A DNA stretch of 64,000 bases from positions 3,216,810 to 3,280,809 of the forward strand of contig OY829373.1 of assembly GCA_963691795.1 (NCBI GenBank). The letters are read 5' to 3'. This document shows, in pieces, positions 50,638 to 58,425 of this stretch (positions within the stretch are counted from its first letter, which is position 1; the number at the start of each line of letters is the position of its first letter). The translations under genes and the position numbers were made by a program. The notes beneath the pieces were generated by a model. The model had not been told where the DNA came from and made no database searches. It saw only the letters and a program-made list of their open reading frames with translations. This DNA is from Roseovarius sp. (GTDB lineage Bacteria; Pseudomonadota; Alphaproteobacteria; Rhodobacterales; Rhodobacteraceae).

Positions 50638-51807
50638 CTAGTCCCGGTGCTCCCCCGCCCCGCCCGGACCGCCAAGCAGATGTGCATGGCTCTCCAGCGC
50701 AAAGCGATCTGTCATACCCGCGATATAGTCACTCACCAGTCGCGCAAGCGCCACATCATCCTTTGCGGCGCGCACGTCGTCCTGCCAGCGACGGGGCAAG
50801 TTTTCAGGGGCAGACATGTAAAAGGGAAACAGTTCCTGGACCACGAAAGTCACCCGCTCTCGCATCTCGATCACGGTGGGCGCGCGGTACATGTGCTGGA
50901 AGAGGAAATCGCGGATCTGCTGCAAGTCGGCCCACATACCGGGCGAGAAACGGATCACCGCACGGCCCAGCTCGCGCACCTCCTGGGCCGAGGACGGCGC
51001 CGCCGCAACCAAGCCGGCCTTGGAGGTCTCGATCACATCGGCCACCATCACGCCGAAGACCCGGCGCAGCGCCTCATGACGGCGGCGATAGCGGTCAAGG
51101 TTGGGATATGTAGCGTCCACCTCGGCATAACATTCCACGATGATTGGCAGAGCGACGATATCCTCTTCCCCGAACAGCCCAGCGCGCAGCCCGTCATGGA
51201 GATCGTGGTTATTATAGGCAATGTCGTCGGCCAGTGCGGCCACCTGCGCCTCGGCGCTGGCATGGGTGTGCAGTTCAAGATCATGACGGTCGTTGTAGTC
51301 TGCCAACGCCCAAGGCAGCGGGCCAATGACAGGGCCATTGTGCTTAGCAATGCCTTCCAACGTATCCCAGGTCAGGTTGAGGCCGTCAAACTCTGCATAG
51401 TGACGCTCCAGCGCGGTTACGATCCTTAAGGCCTGCGCGTTATGATCGAACCCGCCATAGGGCGCCATCAAGGAGTCGAGCGCATCTTCGCCAGTATGAC
51501 CGAAGGGCGTATGGCCAAGGTCATGGGCTAACGCCACGGCCTCGGTCAGTTCTTGGTTAAGGCCCAGCCCACCAGAAATGGTCCGCGCAACCTGCGCTAC
51601 TTCTATGGAATGGGTCAGGCGGGTGCGGAAGTAATCACCCTCATGTTCTACGAAAACCTGTGTCTTGTGCTTAAGCCGCCGGAAGGCGCTAGAGTGAATG
51701 ATCCTATCGCGGTCCCGCTGAAAGCAGGAGCGAAAAGCGCTCTCGGTCTCCGGCACCAATCGGGCGCGCGCCGATGCGGGGTGCAACGCATAAGCCTTTT
51801 GCATCAC
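50638..51807 (-). CDS. dgt: dGTP triphosphohydrolase-like HD-domain protein
   Basis: RDRDRIIHSSAFRRL, TRLTHSIEV, HDLGHTPFGH. Confidence 0.9.
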   Translation of the reverse strand: MMQKAYALHPASARARLVPETESAFRSCFQRDRDRIIHSSAFRRLKHKTQVFVEHEGDYFRTRLTHSIEVAQVARTISGGLGLNQELTEAVALAHDLGHTPFGHTGEDALDSLMAPYGGFDHNAQALRIVTALERHYAEFDGLNLTWDTLEGIAKHNGPVIGPLPWALADYNDRHDLELHTHASAEAQVAALADDIAYNNHDLHDGLRAGLFGEEDIVALPIIVECYAEVDATYPNLDRYRRRHEALRRVFGVMVADVIETSKAGLVAAAPSSAQEVRELGRAVIRFSPGMWADLQQIRDFLFQHMYRAPTVIEMRERVTFVVQELFPFYMSAPENLPRRWQDDVRAAKDDVALARLVSDYIAGMTDRFALESHAHLLGGPGGAGEHRD

Positions 51808-51882
51808 TGGGGTCCTTGTCGCTTCTTGCCTCTAATCATATATTGCTACCAGCCGCCCATGGAAATACGAGGTTTTACAACC

Positions 51883-52218
51883 ATGGATTTACCGCCCGTA
51901 GTGACCGAACGTGCCTTTGCCCGACTGGCCGAGATCGGCGCCGACCGTGAAGGTCAGGCGCTGCGCGTGGCCGTAGAGGGGGGCGGATGTTCAGGGTTTC
52001 AGTATGAAATCAAGCTCGACACCCCAGCGGATGATGATCTTGTGTTGGAAGGCAAGGGGGAAGGTCTGGGCCAGAAGGTTGTGGTTGACGCGATCTCGCT
52101 TCCCTTTCTCAGCGGCGCAACAATCGACTTCACCGAAGAACTGATCGGCGCAAGGTTCACCATCAACAACCCCAATGCGACCAGTTCCTGTGGCTGCGGC
52201 ACATCTTTCTCGATGTAA
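51883..52218 (+). CDS. erpA: iron-sulfur cluster insertion protein ErpA/IscA family
   Basis: GGGCSGFQY and C-terminal SCGCGTSF. ATG 51883 follows GAGG. Confidence 0.9.
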   Translation: MDLPPVVTERAFARLAEIGADREGQALRVAVEGGGCSGFQYEIKLDTPADDDLVLEGKGEGLGQKVVVDAISLPFLSGATIDFTEELIGARFTINNPNATSSCGCGTSFSM

Positions 52219-52311
52219 AAAATTAGATTTTTTTGGCCTGATCAGCGTGTTGCGTTTTTGGAAAATGCGGGGCGCAATCTTTTTTGATTTTTCCGGGGCG
52301 TTGCACAGGTC

Positions 52312-53223
52312 CTATTCGGCAGGAATAGCGGCGGTATTGCGGTTGCGTGCCTCGTCCAGCACCAGCCATGATCCAGCCAAAATGACAATCGCCGCACCGA
52401 CATAGACGCCCGGCTCCGGCACCTCGCCAAAGACAGTAAAACCGATCAGGAGCATCCAAAGAAACTGCAAGTTCATTAAAGGCGTTACGACATAGGCCGG
52501 CAACAGGCGTAACGCGGCCACCAGTACCCAGCGGGCCCCGAACAGCACGACCGCATAGACGATCACCAACCCTAGGTCTGCCACGGACATTGGCGTGAAA
52601 ACAAACGGCAGTGCCGATGCCATAATTATCATCAATGCCAGGTTTGGATAGAACAACTGCGACAGGATATTCGCGTCCCTGACACCGATGTAGCGTGACG
52701 CCAGCATAGACACCGTACCAAGCATAACCGCTGCCATGGCCAGACCATGCCCCAGTGAGACTGAACTTAAACCGGTAGGCAAAAGGCACAGCACACCCAC
52801 CGTCCCGAACGCCAATGCCAACCAGACCTGCGGGCGTACATGTTCGCCCAGAATCGGACCAGAGAGCAGCGCCGACACAAGCGGGATCATCGCGATGAAC
52901 ACGAATACCTCGGCAAAGGGAAGCAGACGGAACGCGTAGAAAAAAGCCGCCGTGGCTGCAACAGTGGCCAGCACCCGCACCGTCATAGCCCCTGGACAGG
53001 CTGTGCGCATCCCCTGCCATCGCCCCTCACGGCGATTGGCAATAAGGCTTAGCAGCGCCACGACTCCCCCTGATATCGCATAAAGTTGGGGTGCCGCGTG
53101 GCTTGCGGAAAACAGCTTGGTGATCGCATCGGCTGAGGAAATCAACAGCGTGTAAAGCGCCGTCAGCCCAACGCCGGTCAAGCCAAGGGTGCGCAGGGCG
53201 TGGCGGTCAAACTTGCCGATCAT
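52312..53223 (-). CDS. DMT-superfamily (EamA-like) transporter, third gene of the FTSSM-repeat cassette
   Basis: About 10 hydrophobic segments in two EamA-like halves. Its ATG overlaps the stop of the 376-aa gene (ATATGATC) and is preceded by GGGAG. Confidence 0.85.
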   Translation of the reverse strand: MIGKFDRHALRTLGLTGVGLTALYTLLISSADAITKLFSASHAAPQLYAISGGVVALLSLIANRREGRWQGMRTACPGAMTVRVLATVAATAAFFYAFRLLPFAEVFVFIAMIPLVSALLSGPILGEHVRPQVWLALAFGTVGVLCLLPTGLSSVSLGHGLAMAAVMLGTVSMLASRYIGVRDANILSQLFYPNLALMIIMASALPFVFTPMSVADLGLVIVYAVVLFGARWVLVAALRLLPAYVVTPLMNLQFLWMLLIGFTVFGEVPEPGVYVGAAIVILAGSWLVLDEARNRNTAAIPAE

Positions 53224-54350
53224 ATCATATCTCCCGGCTGCACAGCGCGTGAGAAGCCACGGAAGAACGCCTCAAAATCCACCGCACCCTCGGCCGCCTC
53301 CAGCACACTGCGGGCGTCATCCGACATAGCATCGCCTACGTCATCACGCAGCTCTGCCCAGTTATCACTGCGCCGATCACCCAGCCTGTAGATGCTGTCC
53401 GACAACTCCCGTAGCGGTCCCGCCGGCGCTTGTGGGGCTGAAAAGATTACTGAACCTTCCGGCATGTCCTGCCCGAACCCCCCTGCTCCAGATACTTCCA
53501 TGGACCAGTTGAGCATCAGCCAAGGGTGATAGTCATCCTGCCGCGCCGGGCCGCTGCCCACGGAGATCACGAACCGGCGGACCTGGTCACGCAGCCAGTT
53601 TTCCCAGATGGGCGGCGGTTCGTGACCTGCGAAACGCAAGGCGATGCAGATTTCGGAGAGCAGGTCGATATTGAGTTCCAGGAAAGCCAGCGTGCCAGCA
53701 TAGAAGAGGCTGTTCAGCGTGTCTTGCTCTACCCCCGGGTCAGTGCGACCGTATTCGGAAAGATAAAAGAGGATATGGGTCAGTTCATAGGCGGCCTTCT
53801 TGTTGGGCAGCGCAAAGGTGTCGGAGCGGCTGGTAAAGGTACGCAACCGATCCTCCAAGCCCGTATCCCCGGGCAGCGGATCAACCCCGCGCCGCAGGCA
53901 TAGTCGGCGCGCCTCGGCCCGCTGCAAATCTGACAATTCTGCCCCTATAAGCCCCGTGTGGGCCACCCAGTGGGTGAGCCGCTCACCCTTGACGCCCGGC
54001 ATGCCAAGATCCTCAAGGTCCAGCGAGAGCGCGAGGAAAAACCGGTAGTATTGTGGGAAAAATCCGATCCGTGCTTCCAGATCGTCGTAAAAAACGTCGT
54101 ATACGCTTAGGCCATAGTCATCCGGCATGGCCCCTGTAGCCTCAAACACGTTTAATATTTCGGCATTTTCCTTGAGCCAAAACACATCATCGCGGCCGCG
54201 CCGTGTCTCGGCAAAGCGCTGCATGATAGCGCTTTGCCGGGACGCTTTGGTGCGTTGGCGGAACGGAGTGTTGAGGTGGACGAGAACGCCTTGCGCGCTC
54301 GCCTCGCCTGTCGCGCTATTTTCGTTCCGCCAAAGCATCCCGTGGCTCAC
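53220..54350 (-). CDS. 376-aa protein of unknown family, candidate maturase for the FTSSM-repeat peptide
   Basis: Long ORF with high third-position GC. The GTG start overlaps the stop of the repeat peptide (ATGTGAGC). There is no TM or signal peptide, no Walker A, only two Cys (so no CxxxCxxC), and possible metal-ligand motifs HWVAH, ELTH and DDYH. Confidence 0.8.
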   Translation of the reverse strand: MSHGMLWRNENSATGEASAQGVLVHLNTPFRQRTKASRQSAIMQRFAETRRGRDDVFWLKENAEILNVFEATGAMPDDYGLSVYDVFYDDLEARIGFFPQYYRFFLALSLDLEDLGMPGVKGERLTHWVAHTGLIGAELSDLQRAEARRLCLRRGVDPLPGDTGLEDRLRTFTSRSDTFALPNKKAAYELTHILFYLSEYGRTDPGVEQDTLNSLFYAGTLAFLELNIDLLSEICIALRFAGHEPPPIWENWLRDQVRRFVISVGSGPARQDDYHPWLMLNWSMEVSGAGGFGQDMPEGSVIFSAPQAPAGPLRELSDSIYRLGDRRSDNWAELRDDVGDAMSDDARSVLEAAEGAVDFEAFFRGFSRAVQPGDMI

Positions 54351-54769
54351 ATGCTTGATGTGAACATGTGGCAGCCATCGCCTTCTACCGCAGTAGCAGT
54401 CGTGGCCGGACCCATGGACGAGGTAAACGCCTCGACCGCGTCACCGTCGCGGGTCGACGAGGCCGTGACAGGGCCCATGGACGACGTAAAAAGTTCCACC
54501 GCATCACCCGCAGATGCATCGGACGTAGCCACCGGTGACATGGACGAGGTGAAAAGGCCTGTGACCTCACCCGTCGTGATGTCGCCCGCCGTTACAGGGC
54601 CCATGGACGACGTGAAAAGCTCGGTCGCTTCACCCGTAAGGCCATCACAAAACAGGGTGGGTGCCATGGACGAGGTGAACGCGCCAACCTCGGCGCCATC
54701 GTGCAGGCTGGCCTCGACTTGCGGTGTAGAGTTTTGAATAACTTCCAGTGTTTTGAGTTGTGCAGACAT
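54347..54769 (-). CDS. 140-aa repeat peptide: six 21-aa units each ending in FTSSM (candidate multi-core precursor)
   Basis: ATG 54769 lies 7 nt after GGAG. FTSSM occurs at residues 31-35, 52-56, 73-77, 94-98, 115-119 and 136-140 (the C-terminus). The motif is encoded by differing synonymous codons. There is no signal peptide. Confidence 0.8.
   Translation of the reverse strand: MSAQLKTLEVIQNSTPQVEASLHDGAEVGAFTSSMAPTLFCDGLTGEATELFTSSMGPVTAGDITTGEVTGLFTSSMSPVATSDASAGDAVELFTSSMGPVTASSTRDGDAVEAFTSSMGPATTATAVEGDGCHMFTSSM
54350..54727 (-). repeat. six tandem 63-bp coding repeats
   Basis: The + strand core CATGGACGA(G/C)GT(G/A)AA recurs at 54413, 54476, 54539, 54602 and 54665, with a diverged sixth copy CATGCTTGATGTGAA at 54350. 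The period is exactly 63 nt. Confidence 0.9.
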
Positions 54770-54858
54770 CAGTCTTCTCCGTTAGCAGCCCCCAGTTGGG
54801 CGCTATCGACGGTTACAGCTTTAAGGCGATCTGACAACTAACTTTTCTCGTTTAAGAA

Positions 54859-54957
54859 TTTTCCACAGGGTCAGAGTCGAACCTGTGTCATTTCAATTTT
54901 TTGAATTCAAATTGAGAAATCTCTGCTGCACAGTGCGAAAAAAATTTTATCCACAGG
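54859..54957. promoter_or_regulatory. AT-rich control region motifs: TTTTCCACAGG, inverted CCTGTG, TTTGAATTCAAA palindrome, TTATCCACAGG
   Basis: Read directly: 54859-54869 ttttccacagg, 54882-54887 cctgtg, 54900-54911 tttgaattcaaa, 54947-54957 ttatccacagg. Confidence 0.4.
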
Positions 54958-55175
54958 TCTGGAAATAAAGAGATTTCCCGCAAAAAGAGCAAAATTAGGA
55001 ACGAATCAATCAATGCGAAAGTCAAAATCGCGTCTCTTATCACTCCTCCCTTCGTGGGGCGACAGCGTCTCCCGCGGCTGGCCCTTGCCCTCCTGTCCGG
55101 TCCGGGCGATAGATGAGAGGCGCGCATCCGCCAAACCAAGCGCCTGACCACGCTCAAGACCAAAGGGGATCCATA

Positions 55176-55958
55176 GTGAAGATTGCCAGCTTCAATATCA
55201 ACGGCATCAAGGCCCGTGCCCAGGCTCTCAGTGACTGGCTGGACGAGGCGGATATGGACGTGGTTGTGCTTCAGGAGCTGAAATCTGTTGATGAAAACAT
55301 CCCGCGCGAGATTTTCGAGGATCGGGGCTACCATGTCGAAACCCATGGGCAAAAAAGCTTCAACGGGGTGGCGATACTGTCGCGCGTGCCAATGGAGGAT
55401 GTGACCCGAGGCCTGCCCGGGGACGAAAGCGATGAACAGGCCCGCTGGATCGAGGCGACGGTCATGGGTGACAGGACAGCGGTGCGGATCTGTGGGCTTT
55501 ACCTACCCAATGGCAACCCGGTGCCAGGGCCCAAATATGACTACAAGCTGGCCTGGATGGAGCGGCTGCAAGCCCGCGCAGTTGAGCTGCTGGAGGGAGA
55601 AGAGCCGTTCCTCATGGCGGGCGATTACAACATCATTCCGCAGGATGAGGACGCCAAGCGGCCCGAGGCCTGGCAGGAAGATGCGCTGGCCCGCCCTGAA
55701 AGCCGCGCCGCGTTTCGCCGGATTGTGAACCTTGGCCTAACGGAGGCGTTCCGCGCCCGTGTGCAGGGACCGGGGAACTACACGTTCTGGGATTACCAGG
55801 CCGGCGCGTGGAACCGTGATGACGGGATCCGGATCGATCACTTCCTGCTCAGCCCACAGGCGGCGGATATGCTAAAGCACTGCCAGATCGACAACGAGAT
55901 CCGGGGCCGCGAAAGGCCATCCGACCACGTACCGATCTGGATTGAACTCGATGCATAG
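55176..55958 (+). CDS. xthA: exodeoxyribonuclease III
   Basis: VKIASFNINGIKAR N-terminus (GTG 55176 after AAAGGGGA), LQELK, RIDHFLLS and PSDHVPIW. Confidence 0.92.
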   Translation: MKIASFNINGIKARAQALSDWLDEADMDVVVLQELKSVDENIPREIFEDRGYHVETHGQKSFNGVAILSRVPMEDVTRGLPGDESDEQARWIEATVMGDRTAVRICGLYLPNGNPVPGPKYDYKLAWMERLQARAVELLEGEEPFLMAGDYNIIPQDEDAKRPEAWQEDALARPESRAAFRRIVNLGLTEAFRARVQGPGNYTFWDYQAGAWNRDDGIRIDHFLLSPQAADMLKHCQIDNEIRGRERPSDHVPIWIELDA

Positions 55959-56021
55959 TATTAGTGAGTCCCGCCCCGGTTGAAGCTTGGGACGGGTCCT
56001 CCAGTGGGAAGGGCTGCGCCC

Positions 56022-57047
56022 CTACCCCTCTAACGCCGCAATCAGACGCTGCTGGAAATACGCGACACCTTGCTCGTGGCGCGGGGATAGTGGACCGGGC
56101 CGGTACCCGCCACTTTCATAGTTTTTCTGCGTCTCCAGACAGACCTCGAAATCCTCACGGATGACAGCGAGATTGTCGGCTATCGTCTTTTCTCGCGCAG
56201 GCGCGGCTGCAACAGAAATGTCTGCGAAATAAAAGTTGTAGATCAGCTCTGTCCGGCGATGATCAATCGGATTGATGCGGGAGGTATTCATCCCGCCATT
56301 GAACAGCGATAGCGTCCAGTTGGGCCACATCCACAGCCATTTGCCTCGATAGAACAGCCCGTTCTTAGGAGGTGCCGACATGCGCACAAGGCCGTCCTGT
56401 GCCACGGTCTCGAATTGATCAAATTCGATGGCTGCGTGAAACTCGGGGTGGATGCCCGGGATGTGGTAGCCTTCCACGAAATTGTCCGTGTAGATTTTCC
56501 AGTTGGCATCAAAAACCAGCCGCTCCTCGCGCACCCATTGAAAGCTTTCGATCGGTTCATCCTCAAGCTCGGCTATCGTGTCGGCCAACTGGTCCTGTAG
56601 GCTGCACTGCGGATCAATCGCTACGAACAAAAGCCCCCGCCAGACCTCGAACGCGACCGTGTCGAGCGCCCAGTCCGCCTTCTGGAAATCCACGTCATCG
56701 CCCCACCACGGCACGTTAAGCAGCGATCCATCCTCCCCCCACACCCATTGGTGATAGGGGCACCGGATCGTGCTGCACCGTCCCGCCCCTTCGGGCAAAA
56801 GTCGCGCGCCCCGGTGTCGGCAGACATTGCGAAAGGCCCGCAGCCCATCCTTGGCACGCACGACAAAGACCTTCTGGCCGGCAATCTCGGTTGCCATGTA
56901 ATCACCGCGTTCGGCCAGGCGGGAGGCCGGGCCGATCAGCTGCCAGCTTTGCGCGAAGACGTGATGGCGGTCAGAGGCGTGAACATCGGCACTGGTATAG
57001 TGATGCGGGGCAAGATTCTGCATGGCGGGCCTTTTGTATGACAGCAT
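56022..57047 (-). CDS. Rieske (2Fe-2S) non-heme-iron oxygenase alpha subunit
   Basis: Rieske motif CRHRGARLL...CPYHQWVW. A C-terminal catalytic domain is present and no beta subunit is adjacent. An alternative start is at 57023. Confidence 0.85.
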   Translation of the reverse strand: MLSYKRPAMQNLAPHHYTSADVHASDRHHVFAQSWQLIGPASRLAERGDYMATEIAGQKVFVVRAKDGLRAFRNVCRHRGARLLPEGAGRCSTIRCPYHQWVWGEDGSLLNVPWWGDDVDFQKADWALDTVAFEVWRGLLFVAIDPQCSLQDQLADTIAELEDEPIESFQWVREERLVFDANWKIYTDNFVEGYHIPGIHPEFHAAIEFDQFETVAQDGLVRMSAPPKNGLFYRGKWLWMWPNWTLSLFNGGMNTSRINPIDHRRTELIYNFYFADISVAAAPAREKTIADNLAVIREDFEVCLETQKNYESGGYRPGPLSPRHEQGVAYFQQRLIAALEG

Positions 57048-57485
57048 ATGCGGACCGTATCATGTTACTACCGAGTGCTCTGCCATGGCAATCGGTGTGA
57101 AACCTCGCCAAAGGGCCCTTAAGCGCCAGAACGACACGCCACCTCTGTGGACTGACGCAGCACTGACAGGTTAGGTCAGGCTGCGCCAGATGGCTATCAA
57201 ACTGGTCAAAGACGGTCGGAAAGAGAAAATTCAACTTTCTATCAGGATGTTACCCTGATCCGGCCAGCCTGTACTGGCACAGTTCTACGGCAAAGCACTG
57301 GTCCGTTCGGGTGCAATCGCCAAATGCCCAAACCCGCCCCACACACAGGTCCGCGCATGGGGGACCGCAGCCAAATGTTTTACGCACGCCCCCAGCTGCC
57401 ATAAGCTGACTACAAAGCGTCCAGCCCCCGCCCCTGCCCATCGGTCAGACCCGCGCGGCGCGTATCAAGAGGGAGGAACTCAATA

Positions 57486-58391
57486 TTGTCCATCGATGCC
57501 ATTCGCACCCCTGACGACTGTTTTCTCAACCTGCCAAACTTCGACTGGCAGCCCCGGTACACGGATGACCTGCCCGGATATGAAGGGCTGCGCATGGCAA
57601 GGATCGACGAGGGCCCACAGGAGGCAGAGCAGGTGTTCCTCTGCCTACATGGGCAGCCTTCGTGGGGATTTCTTTACCGGCACATGATCCCGGTCTTCCT
57701 AGGGACGGGGGCGCGCGTGGTTGTGCCTGATCTTTTCGGTTTCGGCCGGTCAGACAAGCCGACGCGGGATAGTGACTATAGCTTCACCTTCCATCGTCAC
57801 AGCCTGATGGCGCTGATCAAACATCTTGACCTGCGCTGCATCACCCTTGTTGTTCAGGATTGGGGCGGGTTGCTGGGCCTGACCATACCGCCTGACATGC
57901 CCAAGCGGTTCGAGCGGCTTTTGGTCATGAACACGGTTCTGGGCCTGGGCGGCGGTAGCAGTGACGGTTTCGAGGCTTGGAAGACGTTCCACCGGACCCA
58001 TCCTGATTATGACATGGCGACCCTATTCCAGACCTACGTACCCGGCATGCCGGACAAGGTGGCCCACGCCTATTCTGCCCCCTTCCCCGATACCCGATAC
58101 CGCGCGGGCGCGCGCACCTTTCCTTCGCTTGTGATGACAGAGCCCCATATGGAAGGCGTCGAGGTTTCGCGCAGGGCGGCCGCTTGGTGGAAAGAGGAAT
58201 GGACTGGCGACAGCTTCATGGCAGTTGGAGAGGCAGACAAGCTGATCCCGCCGCGCCTGATGGTACGGATGCAAGACATCCTGGGCATCACCCGCCCACC
58301 CCTGATGATCCCTGATGCAGGGCACTTTGTTCAGGAAAGCCATGGTGCAGAGGTCGCGCGCGCGGCGCTCACTGCTTGGCGAACTGGTTGA
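57486..58391 (+). CDS. haloalkane dehalogenase-like alpha/beta hydrolase
   Basis: HGQPSW oxyanion region and nucleophile motif VVQDWGG, as in DhlA-type dehalogenases. TTG start after GGGAGGA. Confidence 0.82.
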   Translation: MSIDAIRTPDDCFLNLPNFDWQPRYTDDLPGYEGLRMARIDEGPQEAEQVFLCLHGQPSWGFLYRHMIPVFLGTGARVVVPDLFGFGRSDKPTRDSDYSFTFHRHSLMALIKHLDLRCITLVVQDWGGLLGLTIPPDMPKRFERLLVMNTVLGLGGGSSDGFEAWKTFHRTHPDYDMATLFQTYVPGMPDKVAHAYSAPFPDTRYRAGARTFPSLVMTEPHMEGVEVSRRAAAWWKEEWTGDSFMAVGEADKLIPPRLMVRMQDILGITRPPLMIPDAGHFVQESHGAEVARAALTAWRTG

Positions 58392-58425
58392 GCAGGCTCC
58401 TGCGGCGATAAGGCTACATGGCCCG

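Noticed and set aside
52223-53020. 265-aa minus-strand ORF overlapping the DMT transporter in another frame
   Set aside because: The 52312-53223 frame gives a regular 10-TM EamA-like protein with start-stop coupling to the upstream gene. The alternative frame is Gly/Arg/Cys-rich.
54350-54727. Possible CRISPR array or non-coding tandem repeat (63-bp period)
   Set aside because: The period is a multiple of three and lies inside a well-initiated ORF. The 'spacers' are similar to one another and conserved at the protein level (Pro at position 2 and the acidic G-D/E-x-V-E stretch). No cas genes are present. This is a coding repeat.
54234-54737. 167-aa + strand ORF antisense to the repeat peptide, which also shows a repeat (PMD[ED]V[KN])
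   Set aside because: The nucleotide differences between repeats are non-synonymous in this frame (E/D, K/N, and MLDVN in the last unit) but synonymous in the minus-strand FTSSM frame. The ORF has no RBS or operon context and overlaps the 5' end of the 376-aa gene. The minus strand is the coding strand.
54770-55175. Chromosomal replication origin (AT-rich region with TTATCCACA)
   Set aside because: There is only one perfect and one near-perfect DnaA box, no cluster of boxes, no AT-rich 13-mer-like array, and none of the usual origin-flanking genes. A promoter/operator region is the simpler reading, although DnaA binding itself is not excluded.
54888-55352. 154-aa minus-strand ORF spanning the AT-rich region and the xthA 5' end
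   Set aside because: It overlaps the xthA start on the opposite strand, runs through non-coding AT-rich sequence, and has no RBS.
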